DNA from: an uncultured Fibrobacteria bacterium
GTDB lineage: Bacteria; Fibrobacterota; Fibrobacteria; UBA11236
DNA length: 64,000 nucleotides
Reading direction: 5' to 3'
Assembly (NCBI GenBank): GCA_963716395.1
Contig: OY970309.1
Span: forward strand, 1,312,001 to 1,376,000
This document shows positions 1 to 9,723 of this stretch, piece by piece (within the stretch, counting starts at the first letter, position 1; each line of letters opens with the position of its first letter). The translations under genes were made by a program, and so were the position numbers. The notes under the pieces were generated by a model. The model was not told the origin of the DNA, ran no database searches, and saw nothing but the letters and a program-made list of their open reading frames with translations.

Positions 1-646
1 ATGTTGCCCCACCGCCCCGAGTTGGGGTTACGATGATTTGCAATCGAAAATCGTGCACGGCGATGCGCAATTGCATGTGGAATGGATTTCCATGGGCCGC
101 TACGACAGCGGCGGCACGGCCGGCACCGCGGGCGAAAATCCCGACACCAGCTCCGATTGCTTTCCCGGTCAAAACCCCGAGCCGCCCTGTTATTTCAACA
201 GCGGGGTGTATGTGCAAAGCCGGCATGAAATCCAGTTGGAGTCGAATGCGCTTCCGCCGGCGCCCATCCGGGATCCCGCGAGTGGAGCCCTGCATGCGCT
301 GGGGGCCATCGTGGGCGAGGAGACCCCGGGTTCAAATCAATTCAAGGGCAACGGGCAATGGGAGGCTTATGACATCACCTTCCGCACGGCCCGTTACCTA
401 CCCGGCCATCACAGTGGTCCGGGCGACACCTTGGGTCTTATATCAGTTTGGTGGAACGGGGTGCAAATCCACCGGAACCATCGCGTGACCGGGGCCGCCA
501 CCGGCATTGCCAATCACAGCGGCGAAGAAATGAACGACACTTTGTACGGTTTGAAATTGCAAAACGAGAGCGGCGATGTCCGCTTCCGCAATATCTGGCT
601 GAAGCAGTTGCACATCGATTCGCTGGGAACGAATTTCGGGTATTAA
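1..646 (+). CDS. DUF1080 (3-keto-disaccharide hydrolase-like) domain protein, 5'-partial
   Basis: Frame is open from the window start. Motifs HGDAQLHVEW, NSGVYVQSRHEIQ, GQWEAYDITF, WNGVQIH and LQNESGDVRFRNIW are typical of DUF1080. Confidence 0.8.
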   Translation, partial: CCPTAPSWGYDDLQSKIVHGDAQLHVEWISMGRYDSGGTAGTAGENPDTSSDCFPGQNPEPPCYFNSGVYVQSRHEIQLESNALPPAPIRDPASGALHALGAIVGEETPGSNQFKGNGQWEAYDITFRTARYLPGHHSGPGDTLGLISVWWNGVQIHRNHRVTGAATGIANHSGEEMNDTLYGLKLQNESGDVRFRNIWLKQLHIDSLGTNFGY

Positions 647-733
647 CGGCCTCAGGTTTTTCGAATCCTGGATTCACCGCTCGCAACCAGCCGCCCCCCG
701 CAACCGATTTTATGTCTTCCTAGTTTTGCGACA

Positions 734-1630
734 ATGAAGTTTCGCGAGTTTCTGCGACTGGTGCGTATTCCCACCGTGTTCAGCGCGTTCAGCAACGCGT
801 ATGCCGGGTTTTGGATCGGCGGAGGTCACGCCGGTGTTACCACCTTGCTGCTGGGGATGGGCGCTGCGGGTCTTTATCTCATGGCCGGAATGGCCTTGAA
901 TGACATCGCCGATTACAAAGTCGATTTTTTGGAACGCCCCGATCGGCCTTTGCCGTCCGGCGCCATTCGCCTTTCAACCGCCTGGCTTTGGTGCCTGGGC
1001 ATGCTGGCCTTGGCCTTCGCCTTGCAATGGTTCGCCAATCCGGTCAGCGCCGTAACTGGTGTGTTTCTCATGCTGTCGATCTTTCTCTACAACTTCTGGC
1101 TCAAGCAAACCTTTTTGGGTCCCGCGGCCATGGGCCTGTGCCGTTTGCTGAACCTTCTCTGCGGCCTCGCGCTGTGCGCCGACGGTTTGTCGGATTTGTT
1201 GTTCCTTCCCCGGCAGGCGAATTGGGCCTTGCTTTCGTTGTGGCTTTACATCGCCGTGGTCACCTTTCTGGCGCGTGACGAAGTAGGCGGAAATGCGCCG
1301 CGCCGCGTGCGCCTTTTCTTTTGGGGCCTGGCTTTGTGGTGTGGATTATGGATGGGCTTTGCCATCCGCGAATTTTCCTGGACATCGATTCTTCTGCTGG
1401 TCGTCTTGCTGCTACATCTTTTCTGGTTGCACCGTCCTCTGCGCAACCTCTGGGGCGATCCGTCCTCACCCTCTGCGACCGGCCGCTGCGTGGGCGCCTT
1501 GTTACGATCCCTGCCGCTCACCGATGTAACCGGCATGCTGGCCGTGGGCGTTGCTTGGCCGTGGGCCCTGTTGGGGGCCGTTTGGATGGCGGGAGGTTTC
1601 TTGTTGCCCAAACGTTTTTACAGCACGTGA
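734..1630 (+). CDS. UbiA-family prenyltransferase (EboC-like)
   Basis: Multi-TM protein with LVRIPTVFSA, LYLMAGMALNDIADYKVDFLERPDRPLPSG and MGLCRLLNLL, the UbiA/EboC-subfamily signature. Confidence 0.8.
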   Translation: MKFREFLRLVRIPTVFSAFSNAYAGFWIGGGHAGVTTLLLGMGAAGLYLMAGMALNDIADYKVDFLERPDRPLPSGAIRLSTAWLWCLGMLALAFALQWFANPVSAVTGVFLMLSIFLYNFWLKQTFLGPAAMGLCRLLNLLCGLALCADGLSDLLFLPRQANWALLSLWLYIAVVTFLARDEVGGNAPRRVRLFFWGLALWCGLWMGFAIREFSWTSILLLVVLLLHLFWLHRPLRNLWGDPSSPSATGRCVGALLRSLPLTDVTGMLAVGVAWPWALLGAVWMAGGFLLPKRFYST

Positions 1631-1690
1631 CGCGCGCGAGTCGGGCGGGCGACTGTGTATATTAAGGCGAACTTTGCAAGGAGTCGCTTT

Positions 1691-2272
1691 ATGCGTTTGC
1701 ACGCCATCGCAGCCGTTTCGATCGCATGCTCCTGTCTCGGCCTGGCCCGCGCCGAAGACGTGAACCTCAACGAAAAACCCGATACGGTCACGACTTATCT
1801 GCTGCCGTACTCCATCGGTCCCGGCCTCGGCGCCATTGCCCCCATCAATCAGCAATTGACGGATCAAAGCGGCATGTTCCTGGATATGTCCCTGGCGCAA
1901 ACCTTTCGCTTCCAGCCCAACTGGGAAGTGGGCCTGGACTTGAATTGGTGGGCGCCCGGACCCAACCTTGGCGGCACGTTGAACCTCGATTACATCTTCG
2001 GCGCGGGCGTGTTCCGGCCTTTTCTCGGCGTCGGCGGCGGCATGCAATATATCGACGACAACGACTACCACCGCTTCGGCGAAGGGTTCGGCACTGCCGG
2101 CACCGTGCATGCCGGACTGTACTTCGACATTCTCGACGAATTGCAATTACGCGTGCGCGTTCCCTTTTACCAAATCGCCAACGACCACATGGATCGCGCC
2201 GCCGGACTCGACATTGCGCTTTTGTTCTCGGCCCCGCAGCGCACGACCGAGGTCAAGAAATTAAAGTATTGA
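1691..2272 (+). CDS. Outer-membrane beta-barrel protein (OmpA/OmpW-like small barrel)
   Basis: Signal peptide followed by alternating amphipathic strands (FRPFLGVGGGMQY, GTVHAGLYFDI). ATG at 1691. Confidence 0.6.
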   Translation: MRLHAIAAVSIACSCLGLARAEDVNLNEKPDTVTTYLLPYSIGPGLGAIAPINQQLTDQSGMFLDMSLAQTFRFQPNWEVGLDLNWWAPGPNLGGTLNLDYIFGAGVFRPFLGVGGGMQYIDDNDYHRFGEGFGTAGTVHAGLYFDILDELQLRVRVPFYQIANDHMDRAAGLDIALLFSAPQRTTEVKKLKY

Positions 2273-2281
2273 TCGCGGGGG

Positions 2282-2845
2282 CTACTTCTCCGGACACACC
2301 ACCGGCGCCTGCTGTTCGATCCACACGCGGGCGCGTTCGCGTACGTCTTTGATGGCGCCTTCGGCCGAGGTGAAATAATACTGGCGGTCGCTGCGGCCCG
2401 CGTAGGTGTCGCCCTGGGTGGGATTGGAAGTGAAGGTTTCGGTGCGCCGCAGTTTCTTTTCCACATCCTTGATGACGGGCTCCTGGCCCTGCACCGAGCG
2501 CGTGGTGATGATCAGCAGTTCTTTCTGATAATTCAGGTAGTTCACGTCGAGCCGGGCGGTGTACACCTTGGTCCAGGCGTCATGGTGCTCTTCGCCGTTG
2601 ATGCCGCGCAAATACATGGCTTCCGAGGTGACTTGGGGGTCCAATTTATCGGGCGACGGCAGCGACATGATGCAATCCTGCACCATTTCGCGGCGCACTT
2701 CCGAACCGCCGTCGGCGGAACTTTGGGCCGCGATCACCGTGATGTCTTTTTTCTCCACCCGATCCGCCGTTTTGGGGTCGGCGTGCAGAATTCCCCACCC
2801 CGCCCCCGCGGCCAAAATGACAACTGCTTTCGTGGTAACCGACAT
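2282..2845 (-). CDS. Hypothetical exported protein
   Basis: ATG at 2845 preceded by AAGGAGGGA RBS. N-terminal hydrophobic segment; no recognised family. Confidence 0.65.
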   Translation of the reverse strand: MSVTTKAVVILAAGAGWGILHADPKTADRVEKKDITVIAAQSSADGGSEVRREMVQDCIMSLPSPDKLDPQVTSEAMYLRGINGEEHHDAWTKVYTARLDVNYLNYQKELLIITTRSVQGQEPVIKDVEKKLRRTETFTSNPTQGDTYAGRSDRQYYFTSAEGAIKDVRERARVWIEQQAPVVCPEK

Positions 2846-2997
2846 AGCTTCCCTCCTTACCGCAGTTGGGGTAAAGTACAAAGGCGAAATGAAGTTCCGG
2901 CCCGCGTTACTGCGCGTGTTACGCGGGCAGAAGGCTAGAGACGCCGCTTTCCGCCCCGGATCGGTTTAAGTACAATATTCAGCCTCAGGAGGCCCCC

Positions 2998-3597
2998 ATG
3001 ACGAACCTGTATACCCGAATGACCAGTGTGGCCACGGCGGTCTTGCTGCTTACCGCCTGCGGCACCAAGGTCACGCGCATTGCGGCCAACAGCACGGTGG
3101 ACTTGTCGGGGTCGTGGAACGACACCGATTCGCGCTTGGTGGCCGAGCAAATGCTCAACGATTGCCTCAACGCGGCTTGGCTGAAAAATTACCAGGCGCA
3201 AAATAAGTTGCCGCGCGTGGTGGTGGGCGACATCCGCAACAAAACGCACGAACATATCAGCACCGAAACCTTCATCAACGACATCGAGCGCTATCTCGTG
3301 AACTCGGGCAAGGTGGAATTCGTGGCCAACAAGGCCGAGCGCCAGCAACTGCGGTCCGAAACCGCGGATCAGGCGGAGAACGCCTCGGTGGAGACGCGGC
3401 AGCAGGCCGGCGAAGAAAGCGGCGCGGAGTTGATGATGCTGGGCAGCATCAACTCCATCGTCGACCAGGAAGGCGGCAAGTCGGTGATTTTTTATCAAGT
3501 CAACCTGGAACTCGTGAACATTGAAACCCACCAAAAAGTCTGGATCGGCGACAAGAAAATCAAGAAGTTCGTGGAGAAGAGCTCGGCTTCGCTCTGA
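2998..3597 (+). CDS. lpoB: Penicillin-binding protein activator LpoB family lipoprotein
   Basis: Lipobox LTAC. DLSGSWNDTDSRLVA, IRNKTHEHI and YQVNLELVNIETHQKVWIG are LpoB-family motifs. AGGAGG RBS. Confidence 0.8.
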   Translation: MTNLYTRMTSVATAVLLLTACGTKVTRIAANSTVDLSGSWNDTDSRLVAEQMLNDCLNAAWLKNYQAQNKLPRVVVGDIRNKTHEHISTETFINDIERYLVNSGKVEFVANKAERQQLRSETADQAENASVETRQQAGEESGAELMMLGSINSIVDQEGGKSVIFYQVNLELVNIETHQKVWIGDKKIKKFVEKSSASL

Positions 3598-3613
3598 CGC
3601 CCGCGGCCGTGTC

Positions 3614-5029
3614 ATGCGCCGATGGGCCTTCCTTTGCTGCGGACCGCTGTTGCTGGGCTGCGCCAACCGGGGTTTGCTGCGCTATGACACTTTAGCCAAG
3701 CGGACGCGCGATCAGGATTTTCTCGCGGCCGCCGACTTCATCCACAAAAACCGATCCAAGCTGTACGGCCATGAAAGCGATTTGCTCTACGACATGGATC
3801 TCGGCCTGCTCTACAACTATGCCGGCCGCTACGACAGCAGCATCGTCTATCTGGAAAATGCCGTCAAGCTGCATGACGAACTTTACACCCATTCGGTGAC
3901 GAATGAGGCGGTGTCGCTGCTCACCAACGACAACATGCGCCCCTACCGCGGACACGATTATGAAATCACCTGGCTGCACCTGTTTCTGGCCTTCGATTAT
4001 CTGGCCCTGAACCGCGAAGACGACGCCCGGGTCGAAGCGCGTCAGGCCCAGCTATTGCTCGACCAGGTGAAACGCGACGCCGGTTCCGATCCGCACGACT
4101 ACCGCGACGACGGCTTGATGCGCACCATCTCCGCCTTCGTCTACGCGTCGCTGGGTGAGAACGACGACGCCCTGATCGCGCTGTACCAGGCGGTGAAGGC
4201 TTATCGCGATGCCCATGAGACCGTGCCGCCCGAATTGGAGCGCGCAGCCGCCGCGGCGTTGTGGGCCAACGGCCGCCAAGATGACGTGCGTACGCTCGGC
4301 CTCGATTCAACGGCGGCGGCGCCGTCACTCGACAGCAGCGAAATCGTCGTGGTGGGTTTGCTGGGGCGTTCGCCCACCCTGGGGCAAACCGTATTCTGGG
4401 GCACCTGGGAACGCGACGGCGTACTGGTCTACCATTACCAAGACGCCGACGGCCACGAAATCACCAACGCCCTGCCGGCTCCCGGTCTGCCGCCGAAGGA
4501 ATACGAAAAAAGCCGGCGCGGCGGGCGCACGCTTTCGGGCACCACTCTGCATATAAAATGGGCCATGCCGGAGCTGCGCGAGGTGCCTTCGCGATCGCGC
4601 GTGCTGCGCGTGGCGCATGGCGACACCGTGATCACCGGCGAACCTTTTGCCGACACCCGCGCCCTGCTGCAGCAAGCTCTCGACCAGCATCAAGCGGCGA
4701 CCTTGGCCCGTACCGTGACGCGCGTGGTACTGCGCACCATCGCGTCGCAGGAAACCAAATCCAAGCTCAACTCCGACAATCCCCTGGTGAACCTCCTGGT
4801 CAATCTCGGCATCGATTTTTTCGGCGATCAATTGGAACAGGCCGACACGCGCGTGTGGTTTCTGCTCCCGCGCACCGTGCAGTTGGCCTACATTCCCGCC
4901 GCGCCGGGCCGATACACTTTGGACCTTTCCGCGCAGGGCCGCGATGGAACCTTGATCCGCGAAGAAACCGTCACCGTCGACGTCAAGGCCGGGCAGAAAA
5001 AATTCGTGTTCTTCACCTCGTTGCGCTGA
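3614..5029 (+). CDS. COG3014-family TPR-like lipoprotein
   Basis: Lipobox LLGC. LLYDMDLGLL, PYRGHDYE, ARVEARQ and EQADTRVWFLLP are family hallmarks; the family usually neighbours lpoB. Confidence 0.75.
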   Translation: MRRWAFLCCGPLLLGCANRGLLRYDTLAKRTRDQDFLAAADFIHKNRSKLYGHESDLLYDMDLGLLYNYAGRYDSSIVYLENAVKLHDELYTHSVTNEAVSLLTNDNMRPYRGHDYEITWLHLFLAFDYLALNREDDARVEARQAQLLLDQVKRDAGSDPHDYRDDGLMRTISAFVYASLGENDDALIALYQAVKAYRDAHETVPPELERAAAAALWANGRQDDVRTLGLDSTAAAPSLDSSEIVVVGLLGRSPTLGQTVFWGTWERDGVLVYHYQDADGHEITNALPAPGLPPKEYEKSRRGGRTLSGTTLHIKWAMPELREVPSRSRVLRVAHGDTVITGEPFADTRALLQQALDQHQAATLARTVTRVVLRTIASQETKSKLNSDNPLVNLLVNLGIDFFGDQLEQADTRVWFLLPRTVQLAYIPAAPGRYTLDLSAQGRDGTLIREETVTVDVKAGQKKFVFFTSLR

Positions 5030-5080
5030 GCCGGTTATTTTAATATCACCTCGTTATCGTTCGAACACGACGGAGTCACC

Positions 5081-5239
5081 GTGAGCAAGTTGTCGGTTCT
5101 CAAAGAAATGGGTGGATTTTTGGCCACCCGGAAGAAATGGTGGCTGTTGCCCATTTTGATCGCGCTGCTGTTGATGGCCGGCCTCCTGCTCGTCACCGAA
5201 GGATCGGCCATCGCGCCCTTCATTTACGCTTTGTTTTAA
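5081..5239 (+). CDS. DUF5989 / SxtK-like small membrane protein (52 aa, absent from the ORF track)
   Basis: My translation: MSKLSVLKEMGGFLATRKKWWLLPILIALLLMAGLLLVTEGSAIAPFIYALF*. RKKWWLLP...SAIAPFIY.LF is the family signature. GGAG RBS before the GTG. Confidence 0.85.
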   Translation: MSKLSVLKEMGGFLATRKKWWLLPILIALLLMAGLLLVTEGSAIAPFIYALF

Positions 5240-5240
5240 C

Positions 5241-5354
5241 GGGCGCCTCTAATCATCGCATTCCGGCTGCGACTCCGCCTGCGGCGGACGAAGGTCTCCG
5301 GCTTTGTTGTCCGCCGTAGGCGGACCTTCGGCGGACCGATTATTAGAAGCGCCC
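5241..5354. mobile_element. 114-bp MITE/REP-like element with 18-bp imperfect terminal inverted repeats and internal palindromes
   Basis: GGGCGCCTCTAATCATCG (5241-5258) matches the reverse complement of 5337-5354 (GGGCGCTTCTAATAATCG) at 16/18. Internal hairpins TCCGCC-TGC-GGCGGA and GTCCGCC-GTA-GGCGGAC. Confidence 0.55.
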
Positions 5355-5391
5355 TAAACCGGACCGGCCAGGTTCGCGGATGTTACCCCGT

Positions 5392-5796
5392 TCAATATTG
5401 TCGTTCGCGGGAAGAGGAAGCGTCTGTGTTTTTGGGCGTCCAGTAGGTGCGCAGCCGGGCGTCGGGCCGCATGGTAATGAATTGCTTGCCGAAGCGGCGG
5501 GCTATCAAGCCGAGCGGAATCATCACAGCGACATACACCACGGCCAAAAGGCCAATCGTGGCGGTCGTGCCGAGGGCGTGCGCGATTTTTTGCAGCCCAT
5601 GCCGCGGCCGCGCATAGACTGATGGAAAAAGCAGCGAAGGGACGAGAATCAGCAGGCATCCGGCCACCCAGTATCCGAAGACCTGCCAGTGCCGGTGCAG
5701 CCACACCAGTCCCCACACCAATAGAAACAGCTCGCACCGCAGCACGAATTTCCGCAGGTCGGTCTTGGTCGGAACGGGGGAAGAATCCTGCGTCAT
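5392..5796 (-). CDS. SxtJ-family membrane protein
   Basis: DLRKF start, TM segments, P.GLI.R..G and a C-terminal YW...RQY; directly downstream of the carbamoyltransferase. Confidence 0.75.
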   Translation of the reverse strand: MTQDSSPVPTKTDLRKFVLRCELFLLVWGLVWLHRHWQVFGYWVAGCLLILVPSLLFPSVYARPRHGLQKIAHALGTTATIGLLAVVYVAVMIPLGLIARRFGKQFITMRPDARLRTYWTPKNTDASSSRERQY

Positions 5797-5799
5797 GTT

Positions 5800-7557
5800 T
5801 CAATCCAATTCAAAGGCTACGCCCGCATCGTCTTGCCATCCCGGTGGCACGGAATCTTTTTGTTCGAGCAAAAAGTTTTCGAGAAACAGGCAATCGAGAC
5901 GCGCGCGCCGGAAGCAGGCGTAGGCTTGGGCCGGAGTGCACACCATGGGTTCGCCGCGCACGTTGAATGAGGTGTTAATTACGGCCGCGCAGCCGTATTT
6001 CGCGTCCATGACGCGCAGCAAATCCCGGTAGGCGGGATGGCTTTCTTCGCCCACGGTTTGAATGCGCGCCGATCCGTCGACATGGCGCACGGCCGGTAAG
6101 GCCGTGGGAGCGTCGTCGCGCACCTGGGCCACCAACAGCATATAGGGGCTGTCGGCGTCGAGTTCGAAATAGCGGGAAACCTGTTCGCGCAACACCGAAG
6201 CGGCGAAAGGGCGGAAGCGTTCGCGCATCTTAACCTTTTCGTTGAGAATATCGCGCATGGCGCCGTTGCGCGCATCGGCCAGAATCGATCGTCCGCCCAA
6301 AGCGCGCGGTCCGAATTCCATGCGCCCTTGAAACCAGCCCACCACTTGTTGCGCGGCGATGCGGTCGGCTGCGGTTTCGGCCACCCGTTCCGGCGGCAAT
6401 TCCTGAAAAGGAATTTTTTCCCTTTCCAGAAATTCCCGAATCTCCGCGCGCGAAAATCCGGGGCCCAAACGCGATCCGGCCTGCGCGTCCCGCACACCGT
6501 CGGCAGCGCGCGGCTGGTCGAGATGTTGGTGCCAGGCAAATAGCGCCGCGCCCACGGCGCCGCCCGCGTCGCCGGCTGCGGGCTGAATCCACAAACCCCG
6601 GAAGGGGCCTTCGCGCAACAACCGGCCGTTGGCCACGCAATTCAAGGCCACGCCGCCGCCCAGGCAAAGGTGCGCCATGCCGGTTTCGCGTTGCACGTGG
6701 CGGCCCAGGCGCAGCACGGCTTCTTCGAGCACTTCTTGAATCGAACGCGCCACGTCCATCACATGCTGATCCAGGGGGCTTTCGGGCGCGCGCGGCGGCG
6801 CGCCGAACAATTCGTAAAAGCGCGGGTTCGTCATGGTCAGGCCGGCTGCGAAGTTGAAGTACTCCATGTTCAGCCGGAACGATCCGTCGTCGCGCAAATC
6901 GATGAGGTGATCGCGGATGCGCGCCACGTACACGGACTGGCCGTAGGGCGCGAGCCCCATCAATTTGTATTCGCCCGAATTGACCTTGAAGCCCGCGTAA
7001 GAGGTGAAGGCCGAATACAGAAGACCCAACGAATGGGGAAAGCGCAGTTCGGCTTGCAGCGCGAGGCGGTTTCCCGACCCGACACCATAACTCGTGGTTG
7101 CCCATTCCCCTACGCCGTCCAAAGTCAGCACGGCCGCTTGGGCGAAGGGCGAAGGATAAAAGGCCGCGGCGGCATGCGCTTCGTGATGCTCGGGAAAAAT
7201 GATTTGGCCGCGATAACCCAGCCGGTGGGCGATGGTGTCCTTGATCCACAGGTTCCCTTTCATCCAGCGCGGCATGGCCTTGACGAAGGCCCCGAAACCC
7301 TTGGGCACGCAGGCCAGATGGCTTTCGAGAATGCGCTCGAATTTGATCAGGGGCTTTTCGTAGAACGCCACGACATCCAGATCGGCGGCCGAGGCGCGGC
7401 CGGCGCGCAGGCAATACGCGATGGCCTTTTCGGGAAAGGACGCATCGTGCTTTTTGCGGGTGAAGCGCTCTTCTTCGGCGGCGGCGACGAGGCGGCCGTC
7501 TTCGACCAAGCAGGCGGCGCTGTCATGGTACAAGGCGGAAATGCCGAGCACGCGCAT
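5800..7557 (-). CDS. O-carbamoyltransferase (NodU/CmcH/SxtI family)
   Basis: LGISALYHDSAA, EEERFTRKKHD, EHHEAHAAAAF, GEYKLMGLAPYG, GGVALNCVANG, MEFGPRALG and NTSFNVRGEP motifs. Confidence 0.95.
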   Translation of the reverse strand: MRVLGISALYHDSAACLVEDGRLVAAAEEERFTRKKHDASFPEKAIAYCLRAGRASAADLDVVAFYEKPLIKFERILESHLACVPKGFGAFVKAMPRWMKGNLWIKDTIAHRLGYRGQIIFPEHHEAHAAAAFYPSPFAQAAVLTLDGVGEWATTSYGVGSGNRLALQAELRFPHSLGLLYSAFTSYAGFKVNSGEYKLMGLAPYGQSVYVARIRDHLIDLRDDGSFRLNMEYFNFAAGLTMTNPRFYELFGAPPRAPESPLDQHVMDVARSIQEVLEEAVLRLGRHVQRETGMAHLCLGGGVALNCVANGRLLREGPFRGLWIQPAAGDAGGAVGAALFAWHQHLDQPRAADGVRDAQAGSRLGPGFSRAEIREFLEREKIPFQELPPERVAETAADRIAAQQVVGWFQGRMEFGPRALGGRSILADARNGAMRDILNEKVKMRERFRPFAASVLREQVSRYFELDADSPYMLLVAQVRDDAPTALPAVRHVDGSARIQTVGEESHPAYRDLLRVMDAKYGCAAVINTSFNVRGEPMVCTPAQAYACFRRARLDCLFLENFLLEQKDSVPPGWQDDAGVAFELD

Positions 7558-7561
7558 CGCT

Positions 7562-9661
7562 TCAGTGTCGGGCGTCGGGCATTTGGGAAAGATCGCGGCT
7601 CAGCGCCACCCGGGCTTCGGTAAGATCGGGATTGATCGCCAGGGCCTGGGTGAAATATTGAATGGCGGCGGAGCGTTGGTTGCGGGCGTCGGAGACATAG
7701 CCCAAACCCACATAGGCCCAGGCTTCGCGCGGATTCAATTCCAGCGCGTGCCGAAAGCTGACTTCGGCTTCGTCGGCCAGCCCGCTTTGGTACTGGGCGA
7801 TGCCGAGCATGGTGCTGAGTTCGGTTTGATGGGGGTTGCCGGCCTCCGCCCTCTGCAAATAGGGCAGGGCCTGGCGCGGCCGGCCCAGCCGCAAATACAA
7901 ACCGCCCAGATTGGCCTGGGCGCTGGTGTCGGTCGAATCCAATTGCAGGCAGGTGTCGTATTGGGCCGCGGCTTCGGCGAGCCGGCCCAGGCGCATCCAG
8001 GCGCCGGCCAGGTAATGCCGGGACAGCGCGTTGTTGGGATCCATGCGCACTGCGCGGAGGTAATAGGGAATGGCCTCGCTTTCTTTGCCTTCGCGCTCGC
8101 GTGCCGCCCCGACGAACAGAGAACTCCAGATGGTTTCGAGGCTGGTGGTATCGATTTTCAAGGCGCGCTCGGCGATGCGCGCCGCGTCATCATGCTTGCC
8201 GGCCCAATTCAAGACTTTGGCGATGTTATCCAGCCCCAAGGCTTCCATTTTGCGGTCGACCGAAGCCAGCACCTTCTGCTGAAGCGGGGCCAGGTCCGAA
8301 TCTTTCCAGCCGGGCCGCGGATGTACGACGCCGATGGCGATGAGCTTGTCGAGAATCGCTTGCGCCAACAGGGCGTAACCGGAGATGCTGAGATGCACGT
8401 GATCCACGAAATCGGGCTCGCCCAATATGTCGTACCCGTAGGTAGCCTGGGTTTTGCGTTCGAGAATTCCCGTGAAGTCGACAAAGGGTGCGTGGTTGGC
8501 GGCGGCCACCTCGCGCACGATGCCGCGCATGGGCGTGAGCGCGCGCAAGGGACAAATGTCCTGGTCGGAAGCCGCCTGGAACAGGCGTTTGGCTTCGGGG
8601 TAGCGCTTCAAGGCGAACGCCGCCTGGCCCGCGCGGTACAGGGCATCGGCGTCGCGGGGATCGAGACGCGCGGCCGAATCGTAGACCGGCCAGGCCGAGT
8701 CGGGACGCTGCACCTGCATCCAGGCATCCCCGCGTTGCATCCAGGCGTCGACCCGCACGGTGTCTTGGGCCGAAAGTCCCGGTGTGTGCTCGCTTTTGAA
8801 CGGCGAGCAATCCTTTTCATTCACGGGCGTCGACAGAAAAAGAATCTGCGCGCCCGCCGCTTGCGCCAGCCGGGCCATGCGGTCCAGCGAGTTGCGGTAA
8901 TGCGCCAAGACCTCGCGCTGCAAGGCGTCGTCGCGGGTATACGAGGTGGGGCCGATGGTTTTGGCCAGCACGTCGTCGACTTCGCCGGCCATCTCGAATT
9001 TTCCCGCCGGGTTCTTGGCCGCGTCGATTTTCACCGGCGAGGCGAACTTGCGAACCAGCAGGCGCATGGCCGTATAGGTACGGGTGCGATCCAACAGGTC
9101 GCTGGCCGTGCGCACGAAGGCCGGTAATTGCCGGGCCTTGCGGTAGGTGCGTTCTTCGAGAAATTCGTTATGGCCCGAATAGACGATGAACAAATCGGGT
9201 TGATCGTGGATCAGCTCGTTCATCAATTTGGCGGCGCGGTAGCTGGCGTAGCTGATGCCGCCGGCATTGATCACTTCCCAGGGGTGGCTCGAATCGACGT
9301 CGGGCAGCATGCGGCGCAGCCATCCGCTGAAGGCGTAGGTGTCGGTCCAGGGGCGGCCATAGGTGGCCGATCCCCCCAGGCAGAATATGCGGTAGGTGCC
9401 GGGGGGTTTGACCTGGGGGAAAGACTGGCGGTTGAAATGGGAATATTTGGCGGGATTAGTGACCATCATCACTTTTCCATCCGCCGACTTTTTTTCGATG
9501 AACAAGGGCTGGACTGAAGTGAACCCCACGAAGGGATCTTCGGTGAGCGACAGCGGCTGCACCCCCGCCAAACGCAGCGCGGTTTCGCTGAAAGCGAAAA
9601 ACAGACTCAGCGAGGCCGCGGCCACGGCCAGATTGATCGCGAGTTTCTTCAGGGGCGGCAT
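7562..9661 (-). CDS. SGNH/GDSL-hydrolase-like domain protein with multiple TPR repeats
   Basis: N-terminal TM anchor. SGNH blocks CLGGSATYG, INAGGISYAS, YSGHNEF and DHVH; C-terminal TPR array. Confidence 0.8.
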   Translation of the reverse strand: MPPLKKLAINLAVAAASLSLFFAFSETALRLAGVQPLSLTEDPFVGFTSVQPLFIEKKSADGKVMMVTNPAKYSHFNRQSFPQVKPPGTYRIFCLGGSATYGRPWTDTYAFSGWLRRMLPDVDSSHPWEVINAGGISYASYRAAKLMNELIHDQPDLFIVYSGHNEFLEERTYRKARQLPAFVRTASDLLDRTRTYTAMRLLVRKFASPVKIDAAKNPAGKFEMAGEVDDVLAKTIGPTSYTRDDALQREVLAHYRNSLDRMARLAQAAGAQILFLSTPVNEKDCSPFKSEHTPGLSAQDTVRVDAWMQRGDAWMQVQRPDSAWPVYDSAARLDPRDADALYRAGQAAFALKRYPEAKRLFQAASDQDICPLRALTPMRGIVREVAAANHAPFVDFTGILERKTQATYGYDILGEPDFVDHVHLSISGYALLAQAILDKLIAIGVVHPRPGWKDSDLAPLQQKVLASVDRKMEALGLDNIAKVLNWAGKHDDAARIAERALKIDTTSLETIWSSLFVGAAREREGKESEAIPYYLRAVRMDPNNALSRHYLAGAWMRLGRLAEAAAQYDTCLQLDSTDTSAQANLGGLYLRLGRPRQALPYLQRAEAGNPHQTELSTMLGIAQYQSGLADEAEVSFRHALELNPREAWAYVGLGYVSDARNQRSAAIQYFTQALAINPDLTEARVALSRDLSQMPDARH

Positions 9662-9723
9662 GCGGGATTAAAGTAAACGACCGGGCGGCAATTCGCGATG
9701 CGCCCACCGGATTCTCCGCCGCT

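Noticed and set aside
5081-9661. Saxitoxin biosynthesis cluster
   Set aside because: Only the widespread SxtI/J/K-like genes are present; no SxtA, SxtG or other core enzymes are in the window.
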